Assembly: GCA_035943355.1 (NCBI GenBank)
Contig: DASZCG010000345.1
Span: 1-59,271 of the forward strand
DNA from: Gemmatimonadales bacterium
GTDB taxonomy: Bacteria > Gemmatimonadota > Gemmatimonadetes > Gemmatimonadales > GWC2-71-9
Reading direction: 5' to 3'
Length of the DNA: 59,271 nt
The notes under the pieces are model-generated. The model ran no database searches and had not been told where the DNA came from. It saw only the letters and a list, made by a program, of their open reading frames with translations. A program made the position numbers and the translations under genes. Shown piece by piece: positions 35,011-48,348 of the stretch (position 1 is the stretch's first letter; each line of letters begins with the position of its first letter).

Positions 35011-35683
35011 GCTGATTGTCGCTTTCGACATGGCCAGTGGACGTGATGCGCTGCTGCTCGCAGCGCGGCTCCCGAAGCTGCGCTGGGCGAAGCTGGGACC
35101 GGTGCTGTACGTGCGTGAGGGACCGGCGTTGATCCGGGAGTTTGCGCAACGCGGCGTGCGCGTGTTTCTCGACCTCAAGTGGCACGACATTCCCAGCATC
35201 GTTGCGGGCGCCGTCGCCGCGGCGCGCGACCTGGGCGTCTCGATGGCGACGGTGCACTGCCTGGGCGGGCGCGCGATGCTCGGTGCGGCGGCGCACGCCG
35301 CAGGACCGGATCTCGCGCTCGTGGGCGTCACGGTACTCACGTCGCACGACGCGGCCGAGCTCGAGAGCATCCTGGGTCGTGGCGTTCCGGACGTCGGTTT
35401 CGAGGCCGAGCGTTTGGCCCGCGCGGCGTTGCAAGTTGGACTCCGCGGCATTGTTGCCTCCGGGCAGGAAGCGGGTTTCTTGCGTGAGGTCCTCGGCCCG
35501 ACACCGTGGATCGTGGTACCGGGCATTCGGGGTCCCGGCGATCCGGCGGCCGACCAGGTTCGCACGATCGAGCCCGCCGAGGCGGTCCGGCGCGGCGCGA
35601 CACACCTCGTCGTGGGGCGGCCCATCACGGAGGCACGCGATCCGGCGGCCGCGTACCAGCGTCTGGTGGAAGCGCTCGATTGA
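35003..35683 (+). CDS. pyrF: Orotidine-5'-phosphate decarboxylase
   Basis: Starts at MPELIVAFDM. Contains FLDLKWHDIPS and HLVVGRPIT. 8-nt overlap with pyrD. Confidence 0.9.
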   Translation: MPELIVAFDMASGRDALLLAARLPKLRWAKLGPVLYVREGPALIREFAQRGVRVFLDLKWHDIPSIVAGAVAAARDLGVSMATVHCLGGRAMLGAAAHAAGPDLALVGVTVLTSHDAAELESILGRGVPDVGFEAERLARAALQVGLRGIVASGQEAGFLREVLGPTPWIVVPGIRGPGDPAADQVRTIEPAEAVRRGATHLVVGRPITEARDPAAAYQRLVEALD

Positions 35684-35699
35684 GGGTATTAACGAGCCT

Positions 35700-36122
35700 A
35701 TGAAATGGTGCTTGCGGTGGCTCGCGGTAGGCGCGGCAGTGCTGCTTCCCACGATCCTGGCGGCACAGGCGACGTTGTCGGCTGCGGCTGAGAAGGCAAA
35801 ACAGGCCTGGTCGGCCCACGACCCGGATGGACTGGTCGGGCAGAGCTCGAACATCGTGCTACAGATCCCCGGCGCGGACCCGTCCTCACCGCTGGGCCGG
35901 GCGCAGGCCATCGAATTGCTGCGCCGCTATCTACGCCCCGCGGAGGAACGGGGACTCGACATCGCGACGGTTCGCGTGGTCGAACCGGGGAAGGGTTTTG
36001 TAGAGCTCACCCGGCGCTACGTCGTCACCGGAACGACGGAATTACGACACGAAACCCTGTTCCTCGGGTACCGGCTACAGAGCAACGAATGGCGGCTGGT
36101 GGAACTACGCAACGCACCGTAA
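35700..36122 (+). CDS. Secreted hypothetical protein (DUF4783-like)
   Basis: Signal peptide [24 protein letters not shown]. The family assignment is from memory only. Confidence 0.5.
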   Translation: MKWCLRWLAVGAAVLLPTILAAQATLSAAAEKAKQAWSAHDPDGLVGQSSNIVLQIPGADPSSPLGRAQAIELLRRYLRPAEERGLDIATVRVVEPGKGFVELTRRYVVTGTTELRHETLFLGYRLQSNEWRLVELRNAP

Positions 36123-36131
36123 TCGCGCCCC

Positions 36132-36160
36132 TTGCGTGAAGTTACGACCCCGTCTATTGT
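36132..36160 (+). promoter_or_regulatory. Sigma70-like promoter TTGCGT-N17-TATTGT upstream of rpmJ
   Basis: Read directly in a locally AT-richer intergenic region, 44 nt before the TTG start. Confidence 0.35.
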
Positions 36161-36204
36161 TCAAGACTCAACCAGAAAACGTTCTCTATTATCGGAGCAG
36201 CCTG

Positions 36205-36321
36205 TTGAAGGTACGTTCGAGCGTGCGCCCCATCTGCGAGCACTGCAAGGTCGTGACGCGCCGGGGCGTGATTCGCGTGATCTGTAAACGCAACCCCAAG
36301 CATAAACAGCGGCAGGGTTAA
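36205..36321 (+). CDS. rpmJ: 50S ribosomal protein L36
   Basis: TTG start after a GGAG SD. Reads (M)[37 protein letters not shown]. Confidence 0.93.
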   Translation: MKVRSSVRPICEHCKVVTRRGVIRVICKRNPKHKQRQG

Positions 36322-36324
36322 CGC

Positions 36325-36708
36325 ATGGCACGTATTGCAGGCGTGGATTTGCCACGCGACAAAAAAATCCAGTACGCGCTTCCGTACATCTTCGGCATCG
36401 GTCCCAGCAATTCAGTGCGCATTCTCGCGGAGACGGGCATCAGCCCCGACGCACGCGTGCGCGATTTGCGGGACGCCGAAGTCGCCCGGCTGCGCCAGGT
36501 GATCGAGCGGGATTACAAGGTCGAGGGCGCGTTGCGCACCGAGATCGCGATGAACATCAAGCGCTTGATGGACATCGGCACCTACCGCGGCAGCCGCCAT
36601 CGCAAGAACCTGCCGGTGCGCGGCCAGCGCACGCACACCAACGCGCGCACGAAGAAGGGGCCGCGGCGCGCCATCGCGGGCAAGAAGAAGCCCGTCCTGA
36701 AAAAGTAG
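36325..36708 (+). CDS. rpsM: 30S ribosomal protein S13
   Basis: 127-aa ORF starting [14 protein letters not shown]..., with [25 protein letters not shown]. Confidence 0.97.
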   Translation: MARIAGVDLPRDKKIQYALPYIFGIGPSNSVRILAETGISPDARVRDLRDAEVARLRQVIERDYKVEGALRTEIAMNIKRLMDIGTYRGSRHRKNLPVRGQRTHTNARTKKGPRRAIAGKKKPVLKK

Positions 36709-36714
36709 AGGCAC

Positions 36715-37170
36715 ATGGCCGAGGAAAAGCAAGAGAAGCAGGAGAAGCAGGAGAAGCCGGAAAAGCCGGAGAAGGCAAAACCGACACCGGCACGACCGGC
36801 GGCCAAACGCACCAAGAAGATCGTCGAGGCGGAGGGCGTCGCGCATATCACCGCGACGTTCAACAACACGCTCATCACGATCTGCGACCTGCAGGGCAAT
36901 GCCATCACGTGGGGCAGCTCGGGCAAAGCGGGCTTCAAAGGGTCCAAGAAGTCGACGCCGTTCGCCGCGACCGTTGCGGCGGAGCAGGCGGCCCGCGAGG
37001 CGTTGAACCTCGGCGTGAAGCGCGTGCACGTGCGGGTGCAGGGTCCTGGCTCCGGTCGGGAATCCGCGATTCAAGCGCTCGCGAGCGCCGGGCTGCAGAT
37101 CCGTTCGATTCGCGACGTGACCCCGATTCCGCACAACGGGTGCCGCCCGCCCAAGAAACGGCGGGTTTGA
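36715..37170 (+). CDS. rpsK: 30S ribosomal protein S11 with an EK-rich N-terminal extension
   Basis: 151-aa ORF. Contains [24 protein letters not shown] and [16 protein letters not shown]. Confidence 0.97.
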   Translation: MAEEKQEKQEKQEKPEKPEKAKPTPARPAAKRTKKIVEAEGVAHITATFNNTLITICDLQGNAITWGSSGKAGFKGSKKSTPFAATVAAEQAAREALNLGVKRVHVRVQGPGSGRESAIQALASAGLQIRSIRDVTPIPHNGCRPPKKRRV

Positions 37171-37173
37171 CGC

Positions 37174-37809
37174 ATGGCACGCTACACGGGTCCGGTCTGC
37201 AAGTTGTGCCGGCGCGAGGGCACCAAGCTGTTTCTCAAGGGCACGCGCTGCCTCACGGAGAAGTGCGCGGTCGAGCGGCGCGCGTATGCACCTGGCCAGC
37301 ATGGCCAGTCGACAGGCCGGCGGCGCAAAGCGTCGGAGTACGCCAAGCAGCTGCGGGAAAAGCAGAAGGTGAAGCGGATCTATGGGCTCTCCGAGCGCCA
37401 GTTCCGCAACATCTTCGAGTACGTGCTGAAGGAGCCGGGCGTCACGGGTGAAGCGCTGCTCGTCGCGCTCGAGAGCCGTCTGGACAATCTGGTGTACCGG
37501 ATGGGCTTCGCGACGTCGCGCAAGCAGGCGCGACAGCTGGTCCGGCACCGTCACGTCCTCGTGAACGGTCGCGTGCTGGACATTCCGTCCTATCGCGTCC
37601 GGCTCGGGGAAGAGGTGCGGATTGCCGATGCGAGCAAGGAGCTCGTGTTGGTGAAGGTGGCGCTCGAGCAGTTTGGGCGCGGACAACCGGTTTCGTGGAT
37701 CCAGGTGGACACTGACAAAGTGCTGGGCAAGATGACGGAGCGGCCGACCCGTGACGCCATCCCGATCGCGGCACAAGAACAGCTAATCGTCGAGCTCTAT
37801 TCCAAGTGA
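37174..37809 (+). CDS. rpsD: 30S ribosomal protein S4
   Basis: 211-aa ORF starting [16 protein letters not shown]... Confidence 0.97.
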   Translation: MARYTGPVCKLCRREGTKLFLKGTRCLTEKCAVERRAYAPGQHGQSTGRRRKASEYAKQLREKQKVKRIYGLSERQFRNIFEYVLKEPGVTGEALLVALESRLDNLVYRMGFATSRKQARQLVRHRHVLVNGRVLDIPSYRVRLGEEVRIADASKELVLVKVALEQFGRGQPVSWIQVDTDKVLGKMTERPTRDAIPIAAQEQLIVELYSK

Positions 37810-38867
37810 TCAATACTCTCGATTTGACGGGGTTGGTCCGGCCCCACTTGGTCGAGATGACCAAGCGCGAGGACAACCCGAATGCTGCCGAGTTCCGTCT
37901 CCAGCCGCTGGAGCGAGGCTACGGCTATACGCTGGGCAATTCCCTGCGCCGGCTGCTGTTGTCGTCGCTGCGCGGCGCCGCGGTCTGGGCGTTCCGCATC
38001 GACGGTGTGGTGCATGAGCACCAGACCATTCCGCGCGTCGTCGAAGACGTCCATCAGATCATTCAGCGTCTCAAGCAGCTGACGCTGGTGCTCGTTCCCG
38101 AGGTCGACGAGGCCGTGCTGCGCTTCAAGGTGGACAAGGCCGGCCCGGTCTACGCGCGCGATCTCGAGCAGCACGGTTCGGTGACGATCGTGAACCCTGA
38201 GCAGCTGTTGTTCACGGTGCAGGATGACCGCGACATCTCGGGTGAGTTGTATGTGAACAAGGGCCGCGGGTACGTTGAAGCCGAGCAGCACCCGGTGGAC
38301 CGGACGCTGGCGGTGGACGTGGTACGCGTCGACTCGATTTACAATCCGGTCCGGCGCGCCAACTTCACCGTGGCGGAGACGCGCGTCGGCCAGCGCACCG
38401 ACTACGACCGGCTCACCCTGACCGTCGAAACCAACGGCACGATTTCGCCCGAGGACGCGGTGGCGTATGCCGCGGCCTTGGCGCAGGAGCACTTCCGTTT
38501 CTTCGTTGACTTCGGCAAGGTGCCGATCGTCCAGGGCGAGCCCGCGGGGCCTGACGGCTCCGAGGGCGGCCGCCTCCGCGACGTGCTGGGACGCGCCATC
38601 GACGACGCCGGGTTGTCGGTGCGGTCGGTGAATTCGCTCAAGAACTCCAACATCCGCACGCTCGGCGACCTGGTGCGCTACAAGGAAGACGATCTGCTCA
38701 AGGTCAAGAACGTCGGCGAGAAGGCGCTCGGGGAAATCGCCGAGCTGCTGCGCCGCGAGAACCTGAACTTCGGCATGCAGCTCGAGGAAACGCCGGGCGG
38801 TGAGATTCACATCATCGACGCCGGCACGGCGCCGCAGGCGCAGCTGACGGGGACCGAGGACGAGTAA
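37806..38867 (+). CDS. rpoA: DNA-directed RNA polymerase alpha subunit
   Basis: 353-aa ORF. Contains [17 protein letters not shown] and the C-terminal-domain segment [24 protein letters not shown] junction. Confidence 0.97.
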   Translation: MINTLDLTGLVRPHLVEMTKREDNPNAAEFRLQPLERGYGYTLGNSLRRLLLSSLRGAAVWAFRIDGVVHEHQTIPRVVEDVHQIIQRLKQLTLVLVPEVDEAVLRFKVDKAGPVYARDLEQHGSVTIVNPEQLLFTVQDDRDISGELYVNKGRGYVEAEQHPVDRTLAVDVVRVDSIYNPVRRANFTVAETRVGQRTDYDRLTLTVETNGTISPEDAVAYAAALAQEHFRFFVDFGKVPIVQGEPAGPDGSEGGRLRDVLGRAIDDAGLSVRSVNSLKNSNIRTLGDLVRYKEDDLLKVKNVGEKALGEIAELLRRENLNFGMQLEETPGGEIHIIDAGTAPQAQLTGTEDE

Positions 38868-39223
38868 TGCGGCATCGCGCCAAGGGCCGCCAGCTATCGC
38901 GCACGTCGAGCCACAAGAAGGCGACGCTGAACAACATGGCGACCAGTCTCTTCCAGCACGGCGGAATTCAAACCACCGAGGCGAAGGCGAAGGAGCTGCG
39001 TCCGTTTGCGGAGCGGCTCATCACGCTCGCGCGCCGCGGCGATCTGCACGCGCGCCGGATGGTCGAGCGCCGCATCAAGGACAAAGCCGTCACGACCAAG
39101 CTGTTCGCCGAGATCGGCAAGCGGTTTGCTGCGCGGCCCGGCGGCTATACGCGCATCGTCAAACTGGGGCATCGCGTCGGAGATGGTGCCGACGTGGCCC
39201 GGATCGAATTATTGAGTGAGTGA
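38867..39223 (+). CDS. rplQ: 50S ribosomal protein L17
   Basis: 118-aa ORF starting [19 protein letters not shown]..., with GGYTRIVKLGHRVGDGA. Confidence 0.97.
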   Translation: MRHRAKGRQLSRTSSHKKATLNNMATSLFQHGGIQTTEAKAKELRPFAERLITLARRGDLHARRMVERRIKDKAVTTKLFAEIGKRFAARPGGYTRIVKLGHRVGDGADVARIELLSE

Positions 39224-39253
39224 GACGAGACGGCTGGGAACGGACGATCACAA

Positions 39254-39277
39254 GGGGACCCGACGGGTCCCCTTTTT

Positions 39278-39279
<2 letters not shown>
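39254..39279 (+). terminator. Rho-independent terminator (GGGGACCC-gac-GGGTCCCC + T7) shared by convergent rplQ and rpmB
   Basis: 8-bp perfect stem, 3-nt loop and 7 T, read directly. The T tract overlaps the rpmB stop codon. Confidence 0.85.
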
Positions 39280-41449
<2,170 letters not shown>

Positions 41450-41466
<17 letters not shown>

Positions 41467-44400
41467 CATCAGGCGCATTCTGCTGCTCGGATCCGGGCCG
41501 ATCGTGATCGGGCAGGCGGCGGAGTTCGATTATTCGGGAACCCAGGCGGTAAAGGCGCTGAAAGAGGAAGGCTACACCGTCATTCTGGTGAACTCGAATC
41601 CCGCGACGATCATGACCGACCCCGAGCTGGCCGACCGCACGTACATCGAGCCGGTCACGCCGGACTGGGTGCGCAAAGTGATCGAGCGCGAACAGCCCGA
41701 CGCGTTGTTGCCGACGATGGGCGGCCAGACCGCCCTCAACGTCGCTATGGCGCTCGCCAATGACGGGACGCTGCAACAGCACGGCGTGGAGCTGATTGGC
41801 GCCAACGCCCGCGCCATTCGCATGGCCGAGGATCGTGCCGAGTTCAGCGCGGCGATGCGGCGCATCGGTCTGGCGACGCCGATCGGCCATACCGTGAAGT
41901 CGGTCGATGCGGCGCTGGAAGCCGTGGCGGAGATCGCCTACCCGGCGATCATCCGCCCCTCGTACACGCTGGGCGGTACAGGCGGCGGCGTGGCCTACAA
42001 CCGCACCGAGTTCGAGGAAGCCGTGGAGCGCGCGCTGGAGCTGTCGCCGCTGCACTCGACGCTCATCGAGCGCAGCGTGCTCGGGTGGAAGGAATTCGAG
42101 CTCGAGGTGATGCGCGACCGCCGCGACAACGTCGTGATCGTGTGCTCGATCGAGAATCTCGATCCCATGGGGGTGCACACCGGCGACTCGATTACCGTTG
42201 CGCCTGCCATGACGCTCACCGACCGTGAGTATCAGCGCATGCGCGATGCCGCGATCGCCATCATCCGCGAGATCGGCGTCGAGGCGGGAGGCTGCAACAT
42301 TCAGTTCGCCGTCAACCCGGCGGACGGCGAAATGCTCGTGATCGAGATGAATCCGCGCGTGTCGCGCTCCTCCGCGTTGGCCTCGAAAGCGACCGGATTT
42401 CCCATCGCGCGCATCGGCACCAAGCTCGCGGTCGGGTACACGCTGGATGAGCTGCCCAACGACATCACGCGGACGACACCCGCCTCGTTCGAGCCGGTGC
42501 TCGATTACGTCGTCGTCAAGATCCCGCGCTTCGCGTTCGAGAAGTTTCCCCGGGCGGACTACCGGCTGACGACGCAGATGAAGTCGGTCGGCGAGACGAT
42601 GGCGATCGGCCGTACGTTCAAGGAGGCTTTCCAGAAAGGGCTGCGGGCGCTGGAGATCGGCCGGCCGGGGTGGATCGTGGGCGCGACGCTCGCGGACGAC
42701 CGGCTCACGAGCGCGTCGCCCGAGGACCTGCGCGTCGCGCTCCGCACCCCGACGCCGGAGCGGATCTTCCAGGTCAAGCGCGCGTTCGAGGCCGGTCTGT
42801 CGGTGGAGGAAATGGCGCACGCCTCGGGCATCGATCCCTGGTTCCTGTTCCAACTCGGGGAGCTGGTCGACGCCGAGCGCTGGTTCAGCGGGTTGCGCAC
42901 CGTGGGCGGACCGGACCTCAAGCGGATGAAACGCCTGGGATTCTCGGACCGGCAGCTCGCCGTCCTGCGCGACACCACCGAGACGGCGATTCGCGCGCAA
43001 CGCTGGAAGCTCGGCATTCACCCGGCGTACAAGACCGTCGACACGTGCGCCGGCGAGTTCCCGTCGACGACGCCGTATCTGTATTCGTCGTACGACGACG
43101 AGAACGAGTCCGTGCCCATCGGCGAGCAGGGGATCGTGATTCTCGGCAGCGGGCCCAATCGCATCGGGCAGGGCGTCGAGTTCGACTACTGCTGTGTCCG
43201 CGCGGGACTCGCGTTCCGCGAGCTCGGCTACAAGACGATCATGATCAACTCGAATCCGGAGACGGTGTCGACGGACTTCGACATCTCCGACAAACTGTAC
43301 TTCGAGCCGCTCACCTTCGAGGACGTCCTCGAGATCACGCGCTGGGAGAAGCCCAAGGGCGTCGTGGTGCAGCTCGGCGGCCAGACGCCGTTGCAGCTCA
43401 CCCAGCCGCTGGCCGCCGCCGGCGTGCCCATCCTCGGCACGTCGCCCGACGCCATCGACATCGCCGAGGACCGCGAGCGCTTCGAGGAGCTGGCCGACCG
43501 GCTTGGCGTCACGCAGCCGCCCAACGGCATCGCCCGCTCGGTCGACGACGCGGTCGCCGTGGCGCAGCGCATCGGGTACCCGGTGCTGGTGCGTCCCTCG
43601 TATGTGCTCGGCGGCCGCGCCATGGAAATCGTCTACGATGACGGCTCGCTGCGCGAGTACTTCGTCAAAGCGGCGCGCGTGGCGCCGGAGCATCCGGTGC
43701 TGATCGACCACTTCCTCGAGGACGCCTTTGAAGCGGACGTCGACGCGATCGCCGACGGCACGCGCTGCGTCATCGGCGGCGTCATGCAGCACATCGAGGA
43801 TGCCGGCGTGCACTCGGGGGATTCCGCCTGCGTGCTGCCGCCGTATCTGATCGGCGACCGGCAGGTGGAGGAAATGCGCCGCCATACGCAGGCGTTCGCG
43901 AAGGCGCTCGGGGTGGTCGGGCTGATGAACGTGCAGTACGCCATCAAGAACGGCGTGGTCTATGTGCTGGAAGTCAATCCGCGGGCCTCGCGGACGGTGC
44001 CGTTTGTGAGCAAGGCCACGGGGGTGCCGCTCGCTAAGCTTGCCGCGGCGGTCATTGTTGGGGGCCCCGGGAGGACACTGGACGATTTGGGCATTCCCGA
44101 TGAGCTTCCCGTCGCCGGGGTGGCGGTCAAAGAAGCCGTTTTCCCCTTCACCAAACTGCCCGGCGTGGATACAGTGTTGGGGCCGGAAATGCGGTCGACC
44201 GGGGAGGCGATGGGGCTGGCCGACAGCTTCGGCATGGCGTTCGCCAAAGCTCAGATCGCGGCGGAAGGGAGCCTGCCGCTCGAGGGCGCGATCTTCGTGA
44301 CGGTGAACGACCACGACAAGCCGAGCGTCCTGCCGATCGCGCGCCGCTTTCACGAGCTGGGCTTTCGGATCCTCGCGACCGAAGGCACGGAACGGTATCT

Positions 44401-44734
44401 GCGCGGCCGCGGTGTGCCGGCCGAGCGAGTGCTGAAAGTGCACGAGGGGCGTCCCAACGCGATCGATCTGATCGTGTCGGGCGACGTGCATTTGTTGATC
44501 AACACCCCCCTCGGGAAGTTCACGCAGGCTGATGACTACGCCATCCGGCGCGCCGCGCTGGTGCACCGGGTGCCGTATACGACGACCATGTCCGCGGCGA
44601 GTGCCGCGTGTGACGCGATCATTGCGCTCCGCAGTCGAACCGGGAGCGTCAGGAGCCTACAGGAATGGCACGCAAGAGCGAACGCCGAAAGGCCGTCTCC
44701 GACCGCCGGGCGAGCGGCAGCCGTAAGAGCGTAG
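41450..44734 (+). CDS. carB: Carbamoyl-phosphate synthase large subunit
   Basis: Starts [30 protein letters not shown]. Two ATP-grasp halves and an MGS-like C-terminus. Confidence 0.97.
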
Positions 44735-45642
44735 CGAAGGCTACGCCTGCGGCGCCGCCCGCAGCGCCCAAAATCAAATTCCGCGGCAAGCTGCTCGAGA
44801 ACGAGCCGCTGGCCCGCTTGACGACCTGGCGCATCGGTGGGCCGGCGCGCTACGTGGCGTTGCCGGCTGACAGCGACGATGTGGCGCGCGCCCTCGAACT
44901 CGCACAGGACCGCGGCCTGCCGTGGATCGTCCTGGGTCTGGGCTCGAACGTACTGGTCAAGGACGGCGGGTTCCCCGGCGTCGTGATCCGGCTGGGGAAG
45001 GGGTTCGACCGCTTCGAGATGAAGGGCGCGACCGCCATCGTCGGCGCGGGCATGCCGACTCCAATTCTCGCGCGGCGCACCGCCGAGGCGGGGTTCGTCG
45101 GCGTGGAACGGTTCGTGGGGATTCCCGGAACGGTGGGCGGCGGGATTTACATGAACGCGGGCTGTCACGGCGCCGAATTCGCGGAAATCGTGACCGAGGT
45201 GACCGTCATGGATCCGCGCGGCAAGGTGAAGCAGCTCTCCCGCAAGCAGATCTCGTTCAAGTACCGGTCGAGCAACATCGAGGGGATCGTCCTCGAAGCC
45301 AAGCTCGGCCTCGGCGAGGAATCGCCGGCGAAGTTGAAGGACCTGCAGGGCAAGCTGTTCCGCTGGCGGAAAGCGGGGACGCCGTTCGACCAGCCCTGCT
45401 GCGGCTCGACATTCAAGAATCCGAGCGGCACCAAGAGCGCCGGCATGCTGATCGACGAGTGCAGCCTCAAGGGCTTCTCGATCGGCGGCGCGCAGGTGTC
45501 GACGCTGCACGCCAACTACATCATCAATAAAGGAACCGCCACCGCCAGCGACGTCCTCAAGGTCATCGATCACGTGCGTAAGACGGTCGCCAAGAAGACC
45601 GGCGTCACGCTGGAGCTCGAGTGCAAGATCATCGGGGTGTGA
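44665..45642 (+). CDS. murB: UDP-N-acetylenolpyruvoylglucosamine reductase
   Basis: 325-aa ORF. Contains [17 protein letters not shown] and GSTFKNP, with a basic ~35-aa N-terminal extension. Confidence 0.92.
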   Translation: MARKSERRKAVSDRRASGSRKSVAKATPAAPPAAPKIKFRGKLLENEPLARLTTWRIGGPARYVALPADSDDVARALELAQDRGLPWIVLGLGSNVLVKDGGFPGVVIRLGKGFDRFEMKGATAIVGAGMPTPILARRTAEAGFVGVERFVGIPGTVGGGIYMNAGCHGAEFAEIVTEVTVMDPRGKVKQLSRKQISFKYRSSNIEGIVLEAKLGLGEESPAKLKDLQGKLFRWRKAGTPFDQPCCGSTFKNPSGTKSAGMLIDECSLKGFSIGGAQVSTLHANYIINKGTATASDVLKVIDHVRKTVAKKTGVTLELECKIIGV

Positions 45643-46235
45643 GCTACTTCGCACATGAGTCCAGCTACGTCGACGATGGCGCAAAGATCGGCACCGGGAC
45701 CAAGATCTGGCACTTCTCGCACGTAATGCCCGGCGCCGTCATTGGCGAGCGCTGTAACCTCGGCCAGAACGTCGTCGTGATGCCCGGCACGAAGATCGGC
45801 AACAACGTCAAGATCCAGAACAACGTCTCGATCTACGAAGGCGTCGAGCTGGAGGACGACGTGTTCTGCGGCCCGTCCTGTGTCTTCACCAACGTGATGA
45901 ATCCCCGCAGCCACGTGCCGCGCAAGAACGAATATCGCCGCACCCTCGTCAAGCGCGGCGGTTCGATCGGCGCCAATGCGACCATCATCTGCGGTGTCAC
46001 GCTGGGCGAGTACGCGTTTGTCGGTGCCGGCGCGGTGGTCACCTCCGACGTCCCCGCCTACGCGCTCATGGTCGGCGTGCCGGCGCGGCGGGTCGGCTGG
46101 ATGTGCCAATGCGGCGAGCGGCTGCATCCCAGCGCGGGGCGCGCGGCGTGCGGCGTGTGCGGGGCCACCTACGAGGAGTCGGCCGGATCGCTGCGACAGA
46201 CCAAGCCGTCCCGCGTGAACGCGGGCGCCTCATGA
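45639..46235 (+). CDS. wbpD: Left-handed beta-helix N-acetyltransferase, WbpD-like (UDP-GlcNAc3NA N-acetyltransferase)
   Basis: GTGA junction. Contains [37 protein letters not shown] and [12 protein letters not shown], closely parallel to P. aeruginosa WbpD as I recall it. Confidence 0.8.
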   Translation: MSYFAHESSYVDDGAKIGTGTKIWHFSHVMPGAVIGERCNLGQNVVVMPGTKIGNNVKIQNNVSIYEGVELEDDVFCGPSCVFTNVMNPRSHVPRKNEYRRTLVKRGGSIGANATIICGVTLGEYAFVGAGAVVTSDVPAYALMVGVPARRVGWMCQCGERLHPSAGRAACGVCGATYEESAGSLRQTKPSRVNAGAS

Positions 46236-47347
46236 ACGTCCCCATGCTGGATCTCGTCGCGCAGTACGCGACGATCAAGGACGAGGTGCTCTCGGCCATG
46301 ATGGGCGTCGTCGAAACCCAGCAGTTCATCATGGGCCCGTCCGTGCCGCGGCTCGAGACCGAAATTGCGCGCCTCTCGCACGCCAAACACGGCATCGGCT
46401 GCGCGAGCGGAACCGATGCGCTGCTGTTGCCGCTCAAGGCGCTCGACCTCAAGCCCGGCGACGAGGTCATCACGACCCCGTTCACATTCTTCGCCACCGC
46501 GGGGACGATCCACAACGCGGGCGGCAAGCCGGTGTTCGTCGATATCCAGCCCGACACCTTCAACATCGACCCCGGCGCGGTGCAGCGTGCGGTGACGTCT
46601 CGGACGCGCGCGATCATGCCTGTGCATCTCTACGGTCAGATGGCGGACATGCTCGAATTGCTGGCCGTGGCGCGGTCGCGCGGAGTGAAGATCATCGAAG
46701 ACGCGGCGCAGGCGATCGGCGCTCGGCGCAGGATCGACGGCGAGTGGCGCGTCGCCGGCGAGCTGGGGTGGGTGACCGGCTATTCGTTCTTTCCGAGCAA
46801 GAACCTGGGCGCGTGGGGGGACGGCGGGATGATGGTGACGTCCGATGATGCCGCCGCCGACCGCCTCAAGAAGCTGCGCCTGCACGGCGGTGCCAAGCAG
46901 TATCATCACGAGGAGGTCGGCACCAATTCGCGTCTCGACACGCTCCAGGCTGCCGTGCTGCTCGCCAAGTTGCCGCATCTCGCGCAGTGGTCCGCCAAGC
47001 GGCGCGAGCACGCCGCGTACTACACGAAGGCGTTGGGCGACGTCCCGCAGGTCAAGCCGCCGGCCGTGGATCCGGCGAACGAGCACATCTTCCATCAGTA
47101 CACACTGCGCGCGGAGCGGCGCGATCAGCTGCAGGAGCATCTGAAGAAGGAAGGGATCGGACACGCCGTGTATTATCCGATCCCCTTGCACCGGCAACCC
47201 TGTTTCGCGCACCTCGGCTACACGGACGGCAGCCTGCCGCAGGCCGAGCGCGCGGCCCGGGAAGCGATATCACTGCCGATCTACCCGGAGCTCACCCGGG
47301 CCCAGCTCGACCGGGTCATCGATGCGGTCCGTGGATTCTATCGGTGA
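46232..47347 (+). CDS. wbpE: DegT/DnrJ/EryC1-family PLP aminotransferase, WbpE-like
   Basis: Starts [19 protein letters not shown]. Contains [15 protein letters not shown] and [17 protein letters not shown] junction. Confidence 0.82.
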   Translation: MNVPMLDLVAQYATIKDEVLSAMMGVVETQQFIMGPSVPRLETEIARLSHAKHGIGCASGTDALLLPLKALDLKPGDEVITTPFTFFATAGTIHNAGGKPVFVDIQPDTFNIDPGAVQRAVTSRTRAIMPVHLYGQMADMLELLAVARSRGVKIIEDAAQAIGARRRIDGEWRVAGELGWVTGYSFFPSKNLGAWGDGGMMVTSDDAAADRLKKLRLHGGAKQYHHEEVGTNSRLDTLQAAVLLAKLPHLAQWSAKRREHAAYYTKALGDVPQVKPPAVDPANEHIFHQYTLRAERRDQLQEHLKKEGIGHAVYYPIPLHRQPCFAHLGYTDGSLPQAERAAREAISLPIYPELTRAQLDRVIDAVRGFYR

Positions 47348-48348
47348 AACGCCTCAAGGTCGGCGTAGTGGGCGCCGGGGCCTGGGGGCGCAATCACGTT
47401 CGCACGGTCGCCGGCCTGGCCGAAGCGGAGCTGGCGGCCGTTTGCGATACCGATCCGAAAGTCCGCGACCGGCTCGCGCGGCAGTATCCGGCGGCGCTGG
47501 TGACGGCGGACCTCGCGGCGCTGTTTGGAGCCGTCGACGCGGTCATTGTGGCGTCGCCCGCGGCAACTCACGCGGCAGTGGCTCAACAGGCGGTGGAAGC
47601 CGGCAAGCCGGTCCTGGTCGAGAAGCCGTTCGCCCTGAACGTACGCGACGCCGAAGCGGTGGCGCGCCGAGGGGCCGAGCGGGGAGTCCCTGTGTTGGCG
47701 GGGCACTTGCTGGTCTACCATCCCGCCGTGGAGCGGCTGCGGGACATGGTGCAGAAGGGCGAGCTCGGGAAGGTATTCTATTTGTATGGCCTGCGCGTCA
47801 ACCTGGGGCAGGTGCGAAAGGACGAGAACGCGCTGTGGAGCTTCGGGCCGCATGATGTGTCAATGGCACTGTACTTGCTTGAGGAGCAGCCCGTACGGGT
47901 CGCTGCACACGGCAAGAGCTATCTGCAGCCTGCCATCGAGGATGTCGTGTTTTTGACGATGGAGTTCGCGAGCGGGGTGCTTGCGCACGTCCAAATGTCC
48001 TGGCTCGATCCTCACAAGGAACGCAAGCTCACGGTGGTCGGCGCCAGGAAAATGGTCGTGTTCGACGACATGGAGCCCCGGGAAAAGCTGCGGATCTACG
48101 ACAAAGGTGTGGATCGTCCGCCGGAATACGGCTCCTTCGGCGAGAGCCTGGCGATCCGTGAAGGAGACATCTTCATTCCTCGTATCCCGGCCGTGGAACC
48201 ACTCGCGGCCGAGCTGACGCATTTTGTGCGCGCCGCGAGAGGGGTGGAGACACCCCGCGCCAGCGCGGAGGACGGCGTCCGCGTCGTCCGTGTGCTGGAA
48301 GCCGCCTCCCGCTCGTTGGCTCGCGGCGGCGCCCCGGAGACTCCATGA
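47344..48348 (+). CDS. wbpB: Gfo/Idh/MocA oxidoreductase, WbpB-like
   Basis: Contains KVGVVGAGAWGRNH and VLVEKPFAL. GTGA junction. Confidence 0.75.
   Translation: MKRLKVGVVGAGAWGRNHVRTVAGLAEAELAAVCDTDPKVRDRLARQYPAALVTADLAALFGAVDAVIVASPAATHAAVAQQAVEAGKPVLVEKPFALNVRDAEAVARRGAERGVPVLAGHLLVYHPAVERLRDMVQKGELGKVFYLYGLRVNLGQVRKDENALWSFGPHDVSMALYLLEEQPVRVAAHGKSYLQPAIEDVVFLTMEFASGVLAHVQMSWLDPHKERKLTVVGARKMVVFDDMEPREKLRIYDKGVDRPPEYGSFGESLAIREGDIFIPRIPAVEPLAAELTHFVRAARGVETPRASAEDGVRVVRVLEAASRSLARGGAPETP

Noticed and set aside
36412-37776. 454-aa ORF antisense to rpsM-rpsK-rpsD
   Set aside because: It spans three universally conserved ribosomal protein genes on the other strand and contains poly-Leu/Arg junk.
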